A stretch of 64,000 nt of DNA from Epiperipatus broadwayi (Eukaryota; Animalia; Onychophora): NCBI GenBank assembly GCA_028023455.1, contig JAQFVV010000001.1, positions 34,782,001 through 34,846,000 of the forward strand. Reading direction: 5' to 3'. The notes below the pieces were generated by a model. The model was not told the origin of the DNA. It ran no database searches and saw nothing but the letters and a program-made list of their open reading frames with translations. Each line of letters begins with the position of its first letter. The stretch's first letter is position 1. This document shows, one piece after another, positions 40,393-53,470 of this stretch. The position numbers and the translations under genes were made by a program.

Positions 40393-41144
40393 ATGCTTTG
40401 TTTCTAATTTCAAAGACATGAAGATTAGTGATGTTATTGTTTGATGCAATAAAACTTTTCATTCCACTTTAAATCTTTTTTAGATGAAATGAAGATAATA
40501 TTAAGATATGGAAAATTATCCTAATCCTATTAAATCAGTCATTATCAATATTTTATATGATAGTGATAATATTTTTATCAAATGGATGTAGCATTTTAGA
40601 TTATTGTACATAACAATATATTCATTCTTTTGATTGAATTACAATTGGACAGATATTTTACTTTGTGAGGTTTTATGCAACCTTTATAATCATTGAAGTT
40701 GAAAAGGCTTGGATTTTGATGAGATATCTAGTGACATTTTAAAATACAGTGATGATATGTTAGTTTCAAAATCATTAAATTTTTTTAGTTCTATATGGAG
40801 AGACTATTATAGAATATCACTATTATACTCTACAGTAAATATACTTTGAAAGATTTTATTAAACAGATTGCTTTCTATAATAGAAGATTGTAATCAAAGA
40901 CTCAGTGTGGTGTAAAAGAATCAAAAACCATTATAGATATTATTTTTATTGTAGGAAAATGCAAAAGAGAAATTTATATATTGCATTTATTAATTTAAAA
41001 TGTTCGACTCAGTTAATCAAGAAAGGTTTTGGCAACATTTGAAAATAGCTGATTGTCTTAGATGTTTATTCATATTACAGAATTGTTAATATAATAGTAT
41101 AAAAGAGAACAATATTATTGCTAGTGGAAAATCTGAAGGACACC

Positions 41145-41800
41145 TGGGTCTTGTTTTATGCAGTAGATAGGTTATGCAGAAAACCCACATTAAAAAAAAT
41201 CACACAAATATAGACTTACCTTGAAAAATGGGGATACATTCTGTAATTTTCAGAAATCACATAAAAGCAAAGCAACAAGGAAAAATTGCTTTAAAATTCA
41301 CATAAAAAATAATGAAATAAAGTATGACTAATAAAAAAATTTCAAATATTTGAAAAAAATTGATACATGACAAACTTTTTTTTATTAACTACAGTATTTA
41401 ATTTTACAATTTTTCATACATATTTTAATCATTATTGCTACTTGACAATATGCAGTTCATTTTTGAACTGGTAAGAAATCAGATTTGTCCCAAGAGAAAA
41501 TACAACTAGCACCATCTTCAGTCTTGTGCTGTGTTAATGGTTTTCTGTTGATAATGTAATCAGTGATTAAACTTTGAGATGATGATTTTACTAATTGTTT
41601 ATAAAGCTTGTAATATCCAGACATACAATTATTTAGCTCTCGGAATTTAAGAGGTTGTTCATTGCAGCAAACTCTCAGATTTCAGCATTTTCTGACATTA
41701 ACATAAAATCTATGATTAAATGGTTTTTACTTATCAGAAAATAATAAGTTTGTCTTCATTTGATAGATATTTTTGTTTATTACTGAAATAAATTTTAAAT
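41145..41800 (-). mobile_element. Tigger/pogo-family 3' fragment, same family as 10775-12068
   Basis: 41145-41510 is the reverse complement of 11700-12068. 41520-41680 (minus) translates LKFRELNNCMSGYYKLYKQLVKSSSQSLITDY, resembling a Tigger transposase C-terminus. Confidence 0.8.
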
Positions 41801-43285
41801 GTTCACATTTTGTTTCTATATTAAAAAAATGAGATCGCAATCAAAACAAAAAAAATATACATTATCTTTAGAAAGATTATTTTTAGTTTACAAAATCAAC
41901 AAAATCTTCATTATTTTTAATTATTTTTAAAAATCTAAAAATATATTTATTTCTGTTATATCTAACAAAATATGTTTTAAAAGTTTAAAATTTTTGAATA
42001 TTTATTGCAATATTTTTATACTCATAAGTATAAGTCTATTATTATTATTTACTCATAAGTAAGATTCTAAATAGCTTCAGACATATTCATGTTAGCTGCT
42101 AATATAACATTATATTTTTGGGCAAAAAAAGTATTTCAAGTCAAAATAAGTTATTAATAATTTAAATTTCTTGATATCTAATAAATATAGTGAAATATGA
42201 ACTTCTTTATCACATAAAAGAAAACCCACATAAAAAGATATTAAGAATAAACATGAATCGCATAACTTCAAAATCGCATTAAAATAAATCCACATAAAAC
42301 AAGACCCAGGTATATTCGAAATGAAAACTGGTGTTAAACATGGATATTTATTAATTCTGATATATTTTCCAGCTTTATGCTGTGCTGTTTAGAATAGTTT
42401 ATAATTGGTGAAATAAAGGACTGATGGTATCATTTTTAATTTTAGCTATTTAAAAACAAAAACCAGAACTTCATGTTTATGGTTCTGAGATTTATAATAT
42501 TCTGATAATTATCTATTGTACTCAACTCAAAAATTAATTTACAGAATGTTTTGAATATTGTAAATATAACTTATAAAAAACTTGATTTAGTAATTAATTT
42601 CATAGAGCTCTTGTACTTTATCCATCTAGTAATGGAAAAAATATATATTCAGTTACATTTGGATTGCTTGATTATCAGTTTGTAATTCACATGAGTTTTT
42701 AAATATTAAGATATCTTATTTGATAGAAAGAAAAATGTATATATTGAAGTGCCATGCAGACTCTCACATCATGCTACGCATTATGTATTAAAAATACATT
42801 GAATCATCAATTAATTGCATATAAGATTGATATTCCTCCAAGTTTCTTACAGATGAGTAATGAAATTTTTATCAATGAAATATAAAGGCAATTAAAAACT
42901 TTCATTTAAGATTGCTCTGTAATATTATGAAGTAATAATATTGAATCTAAAATTGTAAAAGCACTTCACTGCATTTGGTATTTAAACTGTTATTATGTAT
43001 AATAGTTTCTTGTTTTTGTGGAATAGCAAAACCATTTATATTATAATGACAATCTCAAAGGCATTATAAACATTTACTAGATATCAAAAAAAAAAGCAAA
43101 ATTAAAAATCAGTATGGAATGATATGTGGACATAGTCATAACCATGTTTGTAGAGTCATTGTAAAATGCATCTTTATATTTTATTCTTTCTTATTTCTCT
43201 AAACCCTTTATTTTATTGTTTTGTTTTTTTTTGAGGGAGAAAGAAGAAAGCAAGTATGAGAATAGATACTAACAAAATGATGTTT

Positions 43286-43380
<95 letters not shown>
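43286..43380. repeat. Compound (CA)n(TA)n microsatellite
   Basis: Direct reading. It explains track ORF 43256-43459. Confidence 0.95.
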
Positions 43381-43382
<2 letters not shown>

Positions 43383-43909
43383 AGATTAATATTCTAACTA
43401 TTGGTTTATTAAGTAAGTTAAATACTCTTAATTCAAAGCACAAGACAAAATGGTTCTAAAGAAAGGAATGGACAATCTACTCTCTTTATCTCAACTTCTT
43501 TTATAGAGGCTTATCTGAAGCATTTTGGAAAAAAAGTATGAATATTTTTAAACCAATCCTATTACTTTTAAAACTATTATTTACTGGAAATGTTTATATT
43601 CACACATTTCATTATTTGAGTAGGTATTGACAAAGTGTAACTTGAAAAAATTCACAAATGCCAAAGTAATATAAAACAATTTAAAATATAGTTTTAAAAG
43701 TAATATGACTGATTTAAAAATATTCATGCTTTCTTTCCAAAGTGCTTCAAATAAGACTTTATAAAAGAAATTGAGGTAGTCCATTCTTTTCTCTAAAAAA
43801 AAATTGTCTTGTGCTTTGGATTGAGAATATTTCAATTACTTAATAAACCAATAGTTAGATTAAAAATCTCAATGTATTACATAATATTAATCTCTGGGAA
43901 TGTTTATAT
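43383..43909. mobile_element. Foldback element between (TA)n tracts
   Basis: Arms at about 43393-43582 and 43683-43860 are reverse complements. Direct repeat ctgg(a/g)aatgtttatat at 43584 and 43894. Confidence 0.7.
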
Positions 43910-46900
43910 ATATATATATATAACCCTCAGCCTTTTCCTTAAAGTTAAACATCAAGTTGTTTGATGAGATAATATTAAAAAAGAAGTTTAACTTTTCCCA
44001 ATAAGTAAACTTTGTTGCTAAACAATAATTAAATAATTATGAAACTGATTAATCATTTTAGAATAACTATTATGATATCTATAGCTTAAAAATAATATTT
44101 AAGTATAATTTTGTAATGTCTAAATGTTTAATTATAAAGTTATTACTGACTTAAAGTCCTAATAAGGTTAATTTTAAAGTATTAAAGTTGAAATCATCTT
44201 AATCCAATTATTATAGCTTATCAAATTTAAATATTAGAGAAGAACTTTAAAAATGAGTTTAAACTTTAAGTCCTGCATATTTAAGTTACTTGTTATGGTT
44301 TTAAGTGTAATGAAAAATAGCTTAATTAGATAATCTTAAAATTCAACTGATTAAAGGGATATGTAATTTCTAAAAACAATAATTTAATTTCTATAGTTAA
44401 GCTAGCAATTTTTAAATAAAGAATTTGCAATAGGGTATGTGAGTTTGCTTGCATATGAAAGTTATTACTTAAAAACTTTCTGTTAAATTTAATGCTTAAA
44501 GTTATTTTAAATATCTTTATTTTACAAAATATAATAAAAATAGTCTAAAAATTAAAAAAAAAGTTTAAAGTAAATATTATAATATAATATTTTGTTAAAC
44601 AATGTAAATTTTATTATGTTTAAAGAATGTAATATTTTATTTATTGTAATATATTTCAATTTGTTAAATATTTTATAAAATATGATGTAATTAAATTAAA
44701 TATTTGATTTGACTTTCAGTCTAGACATTGTCTTTCTAGGAAATTCTAGAATTATGCAAATTAAATCTAATTTTAGAAAATTTCCAGTGGATACTGAAAA
44801 GTCTGTGATATTTTAATTAATAGTCATTTGGGATTTCACTACACACTTACTACCTATTTATCTACTTGTCTACAGTATCTTCATATTTGTGTAATCTTTT
44901 TAATTGCTTTTAACTAATTTTATTTTTTTAAGAGTTTAAAAAAATGCATTATTAAAATAATATTATCCAGGCTACTTACATCTGTAAAACTTCTTAATTT
45001 TTTTAAAGTTTATTAAGATATTGCATTATGGAAAAGCTTATCATAAACATTTCAAAAATGAAATTGTTTTCTTCTAAATTTGCTTTAACAATAAAGCAGA
45101 ATGAAAGGTATTATCCCTGAAATATACAGATTTTATTAATTTCACTTATTATAATGTATTTAAACCATTATTTATAAAGGATATTTTCTAGGATATTAGA
45201 AAAGACTTTAAAAATATTTTATTCTAATATTAAAGATATTCTATTTATTCTTATTATGAACTTTATGCAATTTTTATAGTAAAAGGAAACTAAATATTTT
45301 ATCATATCTCAAATACATTCTCTTCTGGTGTAGTTTCATTTTACATGAAATAAAGACTTTTATCCTGGAATTGTAGGACTATTAAATGACTAAACATAAC
45401 CCCCTCTCTATAACCAAAAATATTTTTAAAAAAAAGGCAAAACTCCCCACACAAGAGCCCCCCCTGTGCTTTTGACTATGAATATTATATTTTAAAAATC
45501 ATCATATTTACTGATGTGGAAAATAATTAGATAATTAAAGATTTATTGTGTACTTGCTTATTCGTGAAACTTATTTGGCTAATGTATAAATGGAATAATT
45601 ACTTTTTAAAATAAAATTATATTAAGTGGAAAATATAACTTAACTTTAACTTAATGAAATTAGTCAGCTTATTTTTAACAAAAATTCTTAATTTGTTTAA
45701 GATGCTTGACTATTAAGAATGCTATATTTAAGAAAAAATATATAATTCATTTATTAGTTATTAACATTTACTAGATGTTTATTTTCCTTATCAACAAATA
45801 TTATGAATATTATGAATATTTTGCATATTATAATTGATAATGTTATAAATGGCTTTCTTATGTGCACAGTAAAATGTAAATAATGAAAGATATTTCTCAA
45901 TATAATTGACTCCAATACATTAAATATATTTGTTTAAGAAATTAGCTATATTATTTATTGTTATATTTAATACATGCTCTAGAAATATGAATTTAAACAT
46001 TTACTTTTCAACTTATTATGCCCCATTTCCTAAATTATTGCTTTTCATAGGAATAATTATTAATAAATTATAAAATTTTCTTATTGAATTTTTTCTTAAA
46101 ACTTATAGTTCTTCAATTTTCCAAAACATTTGCTCTTTCTTATATTCATTAATGAATTATAAAATGTGCTTTTGAGAAGTATTGGTCTTTGTGTAATTAT
46201 TTGTGAATTATTAAAAGAAATGTATTTCAGAATAAGTGTTTAAACTTATTGATATAATAGACTACAAAATGTGCAACACTCCATTTTCAAGAATATTTTC
46301 ATTATAATAATTGTTAATAAATTATACAATATGTGTCTATAAAATAATTATTAATTTATTCCTAATATGTGTTATAAAATATAGTTAATGTTGATCATAT
46401 TTAATATATTTATCCAGCCTGAATGACTATATTTAATTGTGTAATTGCCTTTAAATATTTATTTCTTCTTATTATGAACTATTGTGTGTGTGTACCAATT
46501 TAATATATGATATTTAATAATATCCTTGAAAATTTGCAGGTAATTCCAAAATCTTTTAGTGACTGTATCCAGCATAATGGCAGGAAATATCAATATGAAG
46601 GACTTTACTTTATTTTGTTTTGGTAATAGATATAGTTACTAATTTTGAATATTTTTTTTGGTATTTGAAAAAATATGTATTTTATTTCTATGTAACGCAA
46701 CAAGTATCTATACTAAGTTCTCAAACTATTAACATAATATTAATATTTTAAAGGGCTTACTGGTTGTCCTTTTTTTGAAGTTATTTTTATGAATGTGCCG
46801 AAAATGCTCAAAGAGTATAGAAACTGGTGTATATTCATTATTTAATTATTATGCCACAATTTTATATTAATATTTAGCTATATTAGCTTTCTTCATTATT

Positions 46901-49809
46901 TTTATGTTTTACTCATCATTTCATTATTGTTGTTCTTAAAAAGATTTAGCATTAGTCTCTCTTGTATTTTATTATCTTGCCAGTGAATTTATTATTAAAG
47001 AGATATACATTTAGTCTCTCTCTTATAGTTTATTATATTTCCTCAGTGAGTTTATTGTTCGTTTTATGACAATTAAGCATGTAATGCTTTATTAAGTCAA
47101 ACTCCATTTTTTTCTCTCTTTCATTCTCATTTTCCTAACCAGTGACAAAGTTCCAGGTCATCTATTGTCTTATGTATAGGGACTTTCTTTGAGTTCTTGC
47201 CATCATGTTAATCTCCTTTATATTCTTATCCCTTATTGAAGTTAAATGTCATACATTTTTTTTTAGCCATGTGGAAATGCTTGCCCATGATTATTTCCTG
47301 GAAATTGATATCTTTAAGGTCTGAGAATGTCATCCTTACCTTTATTTATGCTCTTCGTTAATCTGAGTATTATTTTAGATATGCAAGTCTTTTAGTTGTG
47401 CCTGCATTTTTGCACCTCAAGATGGAAAATCTAATAAAATATTCAATATTTAAATTTTTAATTGTTTATATGGTTCTATTATATGATATGCATTTTCAGC
47501 ATTCACTGCCAAAAATATGAATTGGTAAGTTTATATTTTAATTAAAATGTTAAATATTTTACCTAGGGTCTGCATAATTGTTTGATAAAGAGTAAAGTGT
47601 GAGAACTTATTATAATCATCAAAGTTAGAGAAAGATTTATTAACCTTTGATTATCATTGTTATTATTTATAAATTTGTAAAATATAATTTATTTATATCT
47701 TTTTTATTATTTTAATTTTGTTTTGAGGAATTTATTTTAATAAATTCTGTAAATCATTTACAAAACAGCTTGATATTTATTCCATAAGTGTAATATAGCT
47801 TGATAGTTGTTCTATAAATGTTATTAATGTTAATAAATGTTATTTTAGTGTTAGGTTAAGTCTGTTTGATTTTAATCATCATCTGTATTTTTACAGAAAT
47901 TTAATTGTAGTGTTTATCACACAACTATATTTACTTATTATGCATTGAGGAGACATGAATACAACATTTATATAAAAATCATTTTATTTAAATTGTGTTC
48001 CTGATGTTAAAAATCATAAAAAAAAAATTTTAATTAAATTATCATCTATTTGTTATAAGATCAGTTTAGTCAATTTTATTTATTTAGAAAATCATTTTGT
48101 TTTATTTAGAAAATCATTTTGCTTATTAGAAGATCACTTTAATAAAACATTTGATTTTATTACTCATCGGTTTAAGATATCACAATTGATTAGTTTTATT
48201 TTAGAAAAGATTAAAAGATAATTATATTAATGCGATATTTTGGTAGTAAAATCCCTTACTTTCATGATATCATCAATGCCATCTTAATATTTTATTTTAA
48301 ATTAAGAGTTTTTCATGCTTAATTTAAATTGAAATTTAAAATTGTAATTTAATGAGATCTTATCTTAAGGATAAGAGTATATTTTATTGCTATTGTTGCT
48401 CTACTAGGATTACATTCGTATTGAGGTTTTAAAAATTAAAGAGAAGAACAAAAGTATAAATTACAAGATTATTCATCATGTAAGACTTCTGAGATATATT
48501 TTATACATAAGATTATTGTTTCACTTAAGAACAAATCATTTTCAGAAGTAATTAACATGGCAAAACGTAAGAAAAGACATGAGTACATTTGATAAAAGAT
48601 AAATCTGATGTTATATCTTATCATTTTGTAAGGATTATCATAATAATTATAAGATGTAGTTGTATATTGAGGATGTGATTGTGAGAAGATTTTATGTAAC
48701 CTAACCTTTTTTTCTTCTATGTTGTATGCTTTAGATTTTAAGAGCAATATTATCTTTAAAGAGAGAGTATGAGAACTCTACTCTTCAATTCAATGTGCTA
48801 TTGTATTTATCTTAATAATATCTAATTATTATGGTTTTATCACTCTTATTCTTGTTTCAGCATATATTTGAACCCTGAGCTTAGCTTATATTAATATTAT
48901 GATTCACGTATATATTTTGGAACTAATAATCTTATCAACTATTATTTTGGGTTGCAATTTTGTTTACCCTATATTATTAATATTATAATTTATCTATATT
49001 TTGAATAGAGACATTTAAAATTATTTATTCATGTATACCTGTTGCAAGACTTTACAATTTCTCACTTGTCTCTTCTTTTTTGGATTATATATATATATAT
49101 TGAAACAGTAAGATTCGTATTCGAATCTTAAGTTTCACCTTTTTCTGTCGTCTCTCACTGACCGGTCTATCCCGCCCAAATTTAAACTTTTTGATATCGA
49201 GTTGTGTGTGTAGCAATATTAAAAATGTATAAATATATGTAGAATTCAGCATAAACACGCACACATTTCGATCTCAAATTAAAGGCAATAAATAGGGATA
49301 AAATAATATAATTTAGATTTCTTTTAGTTATATAATTTTGTATAATTTTAATCATTTATTTTGGATTATAAAGTTCGTATTTATTGCTTTGTTTAAATTT
49401 CATTTAATAATAATTCTAAAAAAATCTGATGTAATATTTAATTAAAAGTTAAAATAATCTTATGTTCCCTTTTTGTTTTTGAAATTTAAAAGCATCGGTC
49501 AGTGATAGATAATAGATTAATTAAAGAAAAATTCCCCAAAATTAATTAGTAAATGTAAAATGTAAACAATAGAACGGCAGCTTTCTTTAATTAAAAACCA
49601 ACTAAATGCATTGATTATCCTCAGGGCAGATTAAGTAGAACCTAAAAATATCTTAACAAAAATGTGAAAGATCAAGATAAAAAAAGAGGCCATGTTAGAC
49701 TTGCTGGAGACATTCTCTAAAACTTTAGCTTTGCTCTCGATCACTGAGAGTCTCCAAAATATAAAAATAATTTGTTCCTGCCAAGGTATGACCGAGTAAA
49801 GCACCTAGA

Positions 49810-49887
49810 TTATTCTCCATCGGTAGATGACCTATCGGATGCTGAACTTTCATTGCCCGTCATAAATTCACCATGAAGATCTGCTGC
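49810..49887 (-). CDS. Candidate terminal coding exon, unknown product (AADLHGEFMTGNESSASDRSSTDGE*)
   Basis: Strong minus-strand acceptor ttctcattcatttcag followed by an open phase-0 frame to TAA. No family recognised. Confidence 0.25.
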   Translation of the reverse strand, partial: AADLHGEFMTGNESSASDRSSTDGE

Positions 49888-50568
49888 CTGAAATGAATGA
49901 GAAAGCTGCTGCTGCCATGAAATTAAATGAATATCTAAATACAAGAAAGACTTGCCACTCGTGAACTTTTTGCTGCTAAGTTAATGGAATCAGAAAACTT
50001 CTTATAAAACAGGTACCTGTCTGTATTCAAACTCTAGAGTACTCTAATAATATGCTATAGCTCTTCTTCATACTACTTATCTAAATTATAAAATGTAAAA
50101 CTACCATTTGTATAACTAAAATTGAATAATTAATTTAAGGTGTAAATTTCTTTACTAATCTAGCTTACCTCATTCTATCTTGGGTGCGTATTTTAAAATC
50201 TACATTTTATCTATATTTATTATCTAATTATTGCATGCTCACAATTGTCTCTATTTTCAAGTTTAAATCTATGATCGTTTGAAACAGTGAATGCGTGTCA
50301 CATTTTCATTAATATGTATTTTCCTAAATAACTTAACTGCCATATAAATCGACACGCATTCAATGGCATCATTTATTGTAATGCAGGGGTCTACTACTTC
50401 GCAAATGGCTGACATATTAGTTATAATAATTCCCAATTTATATATATGTTTTGTATTTACTAAATCATCATGAATAATTCCAGAAAATTACATTTCTTTG
50501 AGAGTCACCAACGTTCTTTAGTAAATGTTGATAATGTCGGGCCGAGTCAGAAATCTACTTAAATCTCA

Positions 50569-50865
50569 TCATAACCGTTTATACAGTCTACATGTGTTAC
50601 GTTTTAGAGACGCGGTGACCCATTCCGCCGTGAAATTTCCGGATTCTTCAGGGTTGAAATTAATCCCAGTCGTCCTACACAAGCGGGCATAATGGGTGCT
50701 CCCGTAGGATTTGACAATGTCATGCAGCCAGCCGGCAAATCGTGCCACGTACCGCTTGTCCCTGGTTATGCTTATGTGACACCTTACTTCGTCGGACCGA
50801 GGCAGAGACCAGTCTGATATTCTTATAAACCCATTCACGGCATTGCAGTTTCGATATACTGCCAT
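50569..50865 (-). CDS. 98-aa ORF in a GC/CpG-rich block, unknown; internal GTAAGG donor at 50787
   Basis: Longest GC-rich ORF in the window. It may only be the antisense shadow of the plus frame 50608-50817. Confidence 0.25.
   Translation of the reverse strand: MAVYRNCNAVNGFIRISDWSLPRSDEVRCHISITRDKRYVARFAGWLHDIVKSYGSTHYARLCRTTGINFNPEESGNFTAEWVTASLKRNTCRLYKRL
50608..50817 (+). CDS. Candidate terminal exon, unknown product (RRGDPF...PGYAYVTPYFVGPRQRPV*)
   Basis: Preceded by ttttag. 69 codons; hand count GC1 43/69 vs GC3 32/69, which is coding-like. AATAAA downstream near 50965. Confidence 0.3.
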   Translation, partial: RRGDPFRREISGFFRVEINPSRPTQAGIMGAPVGFDNVMQPAGKSCHVPLVPGYAYVTPYFVGPRQRPV

Positions 50866-51461
50866 TCCATATCGCCTTTCTAAAGCGTACCACGTGTTCC
50901 TTTGCTCAATTCTATTATTCTATATATCACTCTGCCTCTGCATTATCTTCGTAATTCACTCTCAAATAAATGTTTGCCCTTAGTTATAAATAAATATTTT
51001 AATTAAATAAATATATGTCTGCCATTACTCTTATAACCCATACTTTAGACTCTTGCATTGCAAAGGTATAAATCCCTTCATGCATGCATTAGAAATACTC
51101 ACTCGAGAATTTTAGGTAGCTAGATTACGCCTTCAAATAAATGTATTCCTTTTGTAAACATTACAGTATCGGAAATACCGCTACTGAAATCCTCAATATA
51201 AAATAATGTCTAAATAAATAAATGTACTCTTTAAAATATAATCATGTCACAAATTCCGCTACTGAAGCTTTGAATCCCTAAAATCTTATTATTAATGATT
51301 GTTTTATTAAAATGTATTAATAAATAATTTTAAACTACACGTCTGCAGTTACGTTTCATTTATTCGATACCCATTCTATATAATATTTCCTCGATTATGT
51401 AAATATGAATGTTTAATTAATATTAGTTTGATTATTGGCTAACTCGAGAATAAAATCATGA

Positions 51462-51662
51462 GTCTCTTGCATATCCCTGACCACCGTGCCTAAGGAAATA
51501 TTTACTAATGTCGCATCAGATGCGTTGTTTCGTGAATTGTATTGTGGAGCCGATAAACTATGTTCGAACTCAGTACCACGGGTGGCTTCGCTACTCGATA
51601 GTGCTGCTGTTCTGTATGGTGGTCGAATTCTGCACTATGTTTATGAGTCACACGTTTTCTGA
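51462..51662 (+). other. GC/CpG-elevated block with a 66-codon stop-free frame lacking ATG
   Basis: VSCISLTTVPKEIFTNVASDALFRELYCGADKL...YESHVF*. No clear acceptor and no family recognised. Confidence 0.2.
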
Positions 51663-53199
51663 CTGTTACAATATATATATATATATATAATTTAATAGCC
51701 TTTAAATAGTACACTGTAGACAAAAGCCCTCTCTCCTTCCACCTCATAAAGAAAGAATGAAAAAGGTATTTTTCATCAGGATTTACAATTGTTTGGCAGT
51801 GATGTTGGAGCATTTTGTCATTCTTGTTTTATTACTTAGCTAAGATGAGTAAATTAACCATTTAGTTATCAAAATTAGATTAAATAACTATGAATCTGAA
51901 AAAAATCTTAAGCTTGATTGGGAAGTGAAAACATGTTCAACTATGTATAAGACAGTAATAATAAAGTCACCAGCCAATGTTAAGTCTCAAACATTAACTT
52001 AAATCATTTTTTCTCAGCAGTTCTATCATTTGTTTTTTTCTTTAATCTTCTTGCTGTGCAATTTAAAACAGAAATTGTTTAATTTGTATGTTTGTTTATT
52101 TTTGGTAAATAAAGTTTTATTTTTCATAAATTATTGCATATTTTAATTTATTTATTAGAATATTAATTTTATAAACAAAAAATAATCTTAAATTTAATAT
52201 ATTAATTTGCAAATAAGCAAAAAAAGAATAACAAACTGAAATAATAACCAAAACAAAGGATTTTGTTTAGCTCTTGTGGCAAAAGAAATGTTACTCCTTC
52301 AAATAAAACTTAATAATCAATCAAATTTAAATTAATATTGCATGCTTGAATAAAGTATAGATTTAAATAGCTAAAATAATTTTCAGAATTTAAAAATTCA
52401 ATTTATAATGAAAAAAAAAAATATTTCCAATATAACTTCATGTTTTACATTACTTTGCATTTGGGTTATTTTTTTTTTGTAAAAACAAATTTTTTTTAAC
52501 TCAATCTGAATCTAAATGCTACACATTCATAAAAAAAAAAACAAATAATGAATTTAATTTTACAAACATAAAATGAATTATACTGTAAACTAACATTTTT
52601 CAATTTTCAGATTTTAAACAAAAGCCATTATCACACAAGCATAATGTTACATTGCATTCAATGAGAAATCTCCTTTACTTAAAACTCTGCTTTGGCCTTC
52701 TTTTTGCTTGAAACCTCAAATTCTTAAAGTTTTTTCTGAACAATGCTGACATTAGCTATTTTTATTAAAATTTTTAAAAGATTATATTTTAGTTTCAGGT
52801 TTTCATGACAAATGTATGGCAATCAGCTAAATAAATGCTATGGAATCATTGCAAATAAGCTGCTTTGGCCCCTGTGGCAATGTCAGCAGACAAAAAGCTA
52901 CCACAGGACCATAACTTAAAACAGAAAATTAAAACTCATAATTATCTTTTTTTAAGGTTATGCATCAACTTCTTCTTTGTTATGCTTATCTTTAATTACC
53001 CTCTATAATCTCTAAATATATGGTGAATCCAATCTTTTTTCCTCAACTCAATTTTTTCCATATATACACTTTTTATATTTAATCTTTTTAACATCTCTAT
53101 ATTTTTTTAAGTATGACTTTGCATTGTATTTTTTTCATTCTATTTCAAAATCATTCTTTAAAATTTCTATTCTTTTCTCCATTTTTATTAAAAGTCCAG

Positions 53200-53470
53200 T
53201 TCTTCACTCAAAACAGCCAAAGTCATTCAGATCCTAATTTAATGGAATATAAATACTTGTCATTTTAAAGCTTGTCTAGCCTTAACACTTTTACTCTAAT
53301 TTTTGAATCACCATCAGCACATCAATTATTGAAAAAATAACTTGATTTAAAACTATGCATCCAATTACTACTTTTTAAATATTTATTCCTTCTCCCTATT
53401 TTGCTGTAGTAGTTTCAGTATTTATTCTTATCCCAAACTTAGTCCAAAATTCACCTAAGCCTATTTTATT
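53200..53470 (-). mobile_element. Possible RTE-like LINE remnant
   Basis: Minus FGLSL...SVKARQA resembles the post-RT G+.+N..K...RI.KAR.A region. Confidence 0.3.

Noticed and set aside
43256-43459. 67-aa ORF with HT/YI repeats
   Set aside because: Translation of the (CA)n(TA)n microsatellite.
46540-47524. Possible plus-strand exons 46540-46622 (MAGNINMKDFTLFCF) and 47500-47524
   Set aside because: AG/GT boundaries exist, but the first acceptor is weak, there is no compositional signal, the peptide is unrecognisable and no consistent downstream exon was found.
48085-48135. Three roughly 23-bp repeats (ttagaaaatcatttt) as a CRISPR-like array
   Set aside because: Simple decaying minisatellite without unique spacers, in a eukaryotic context.
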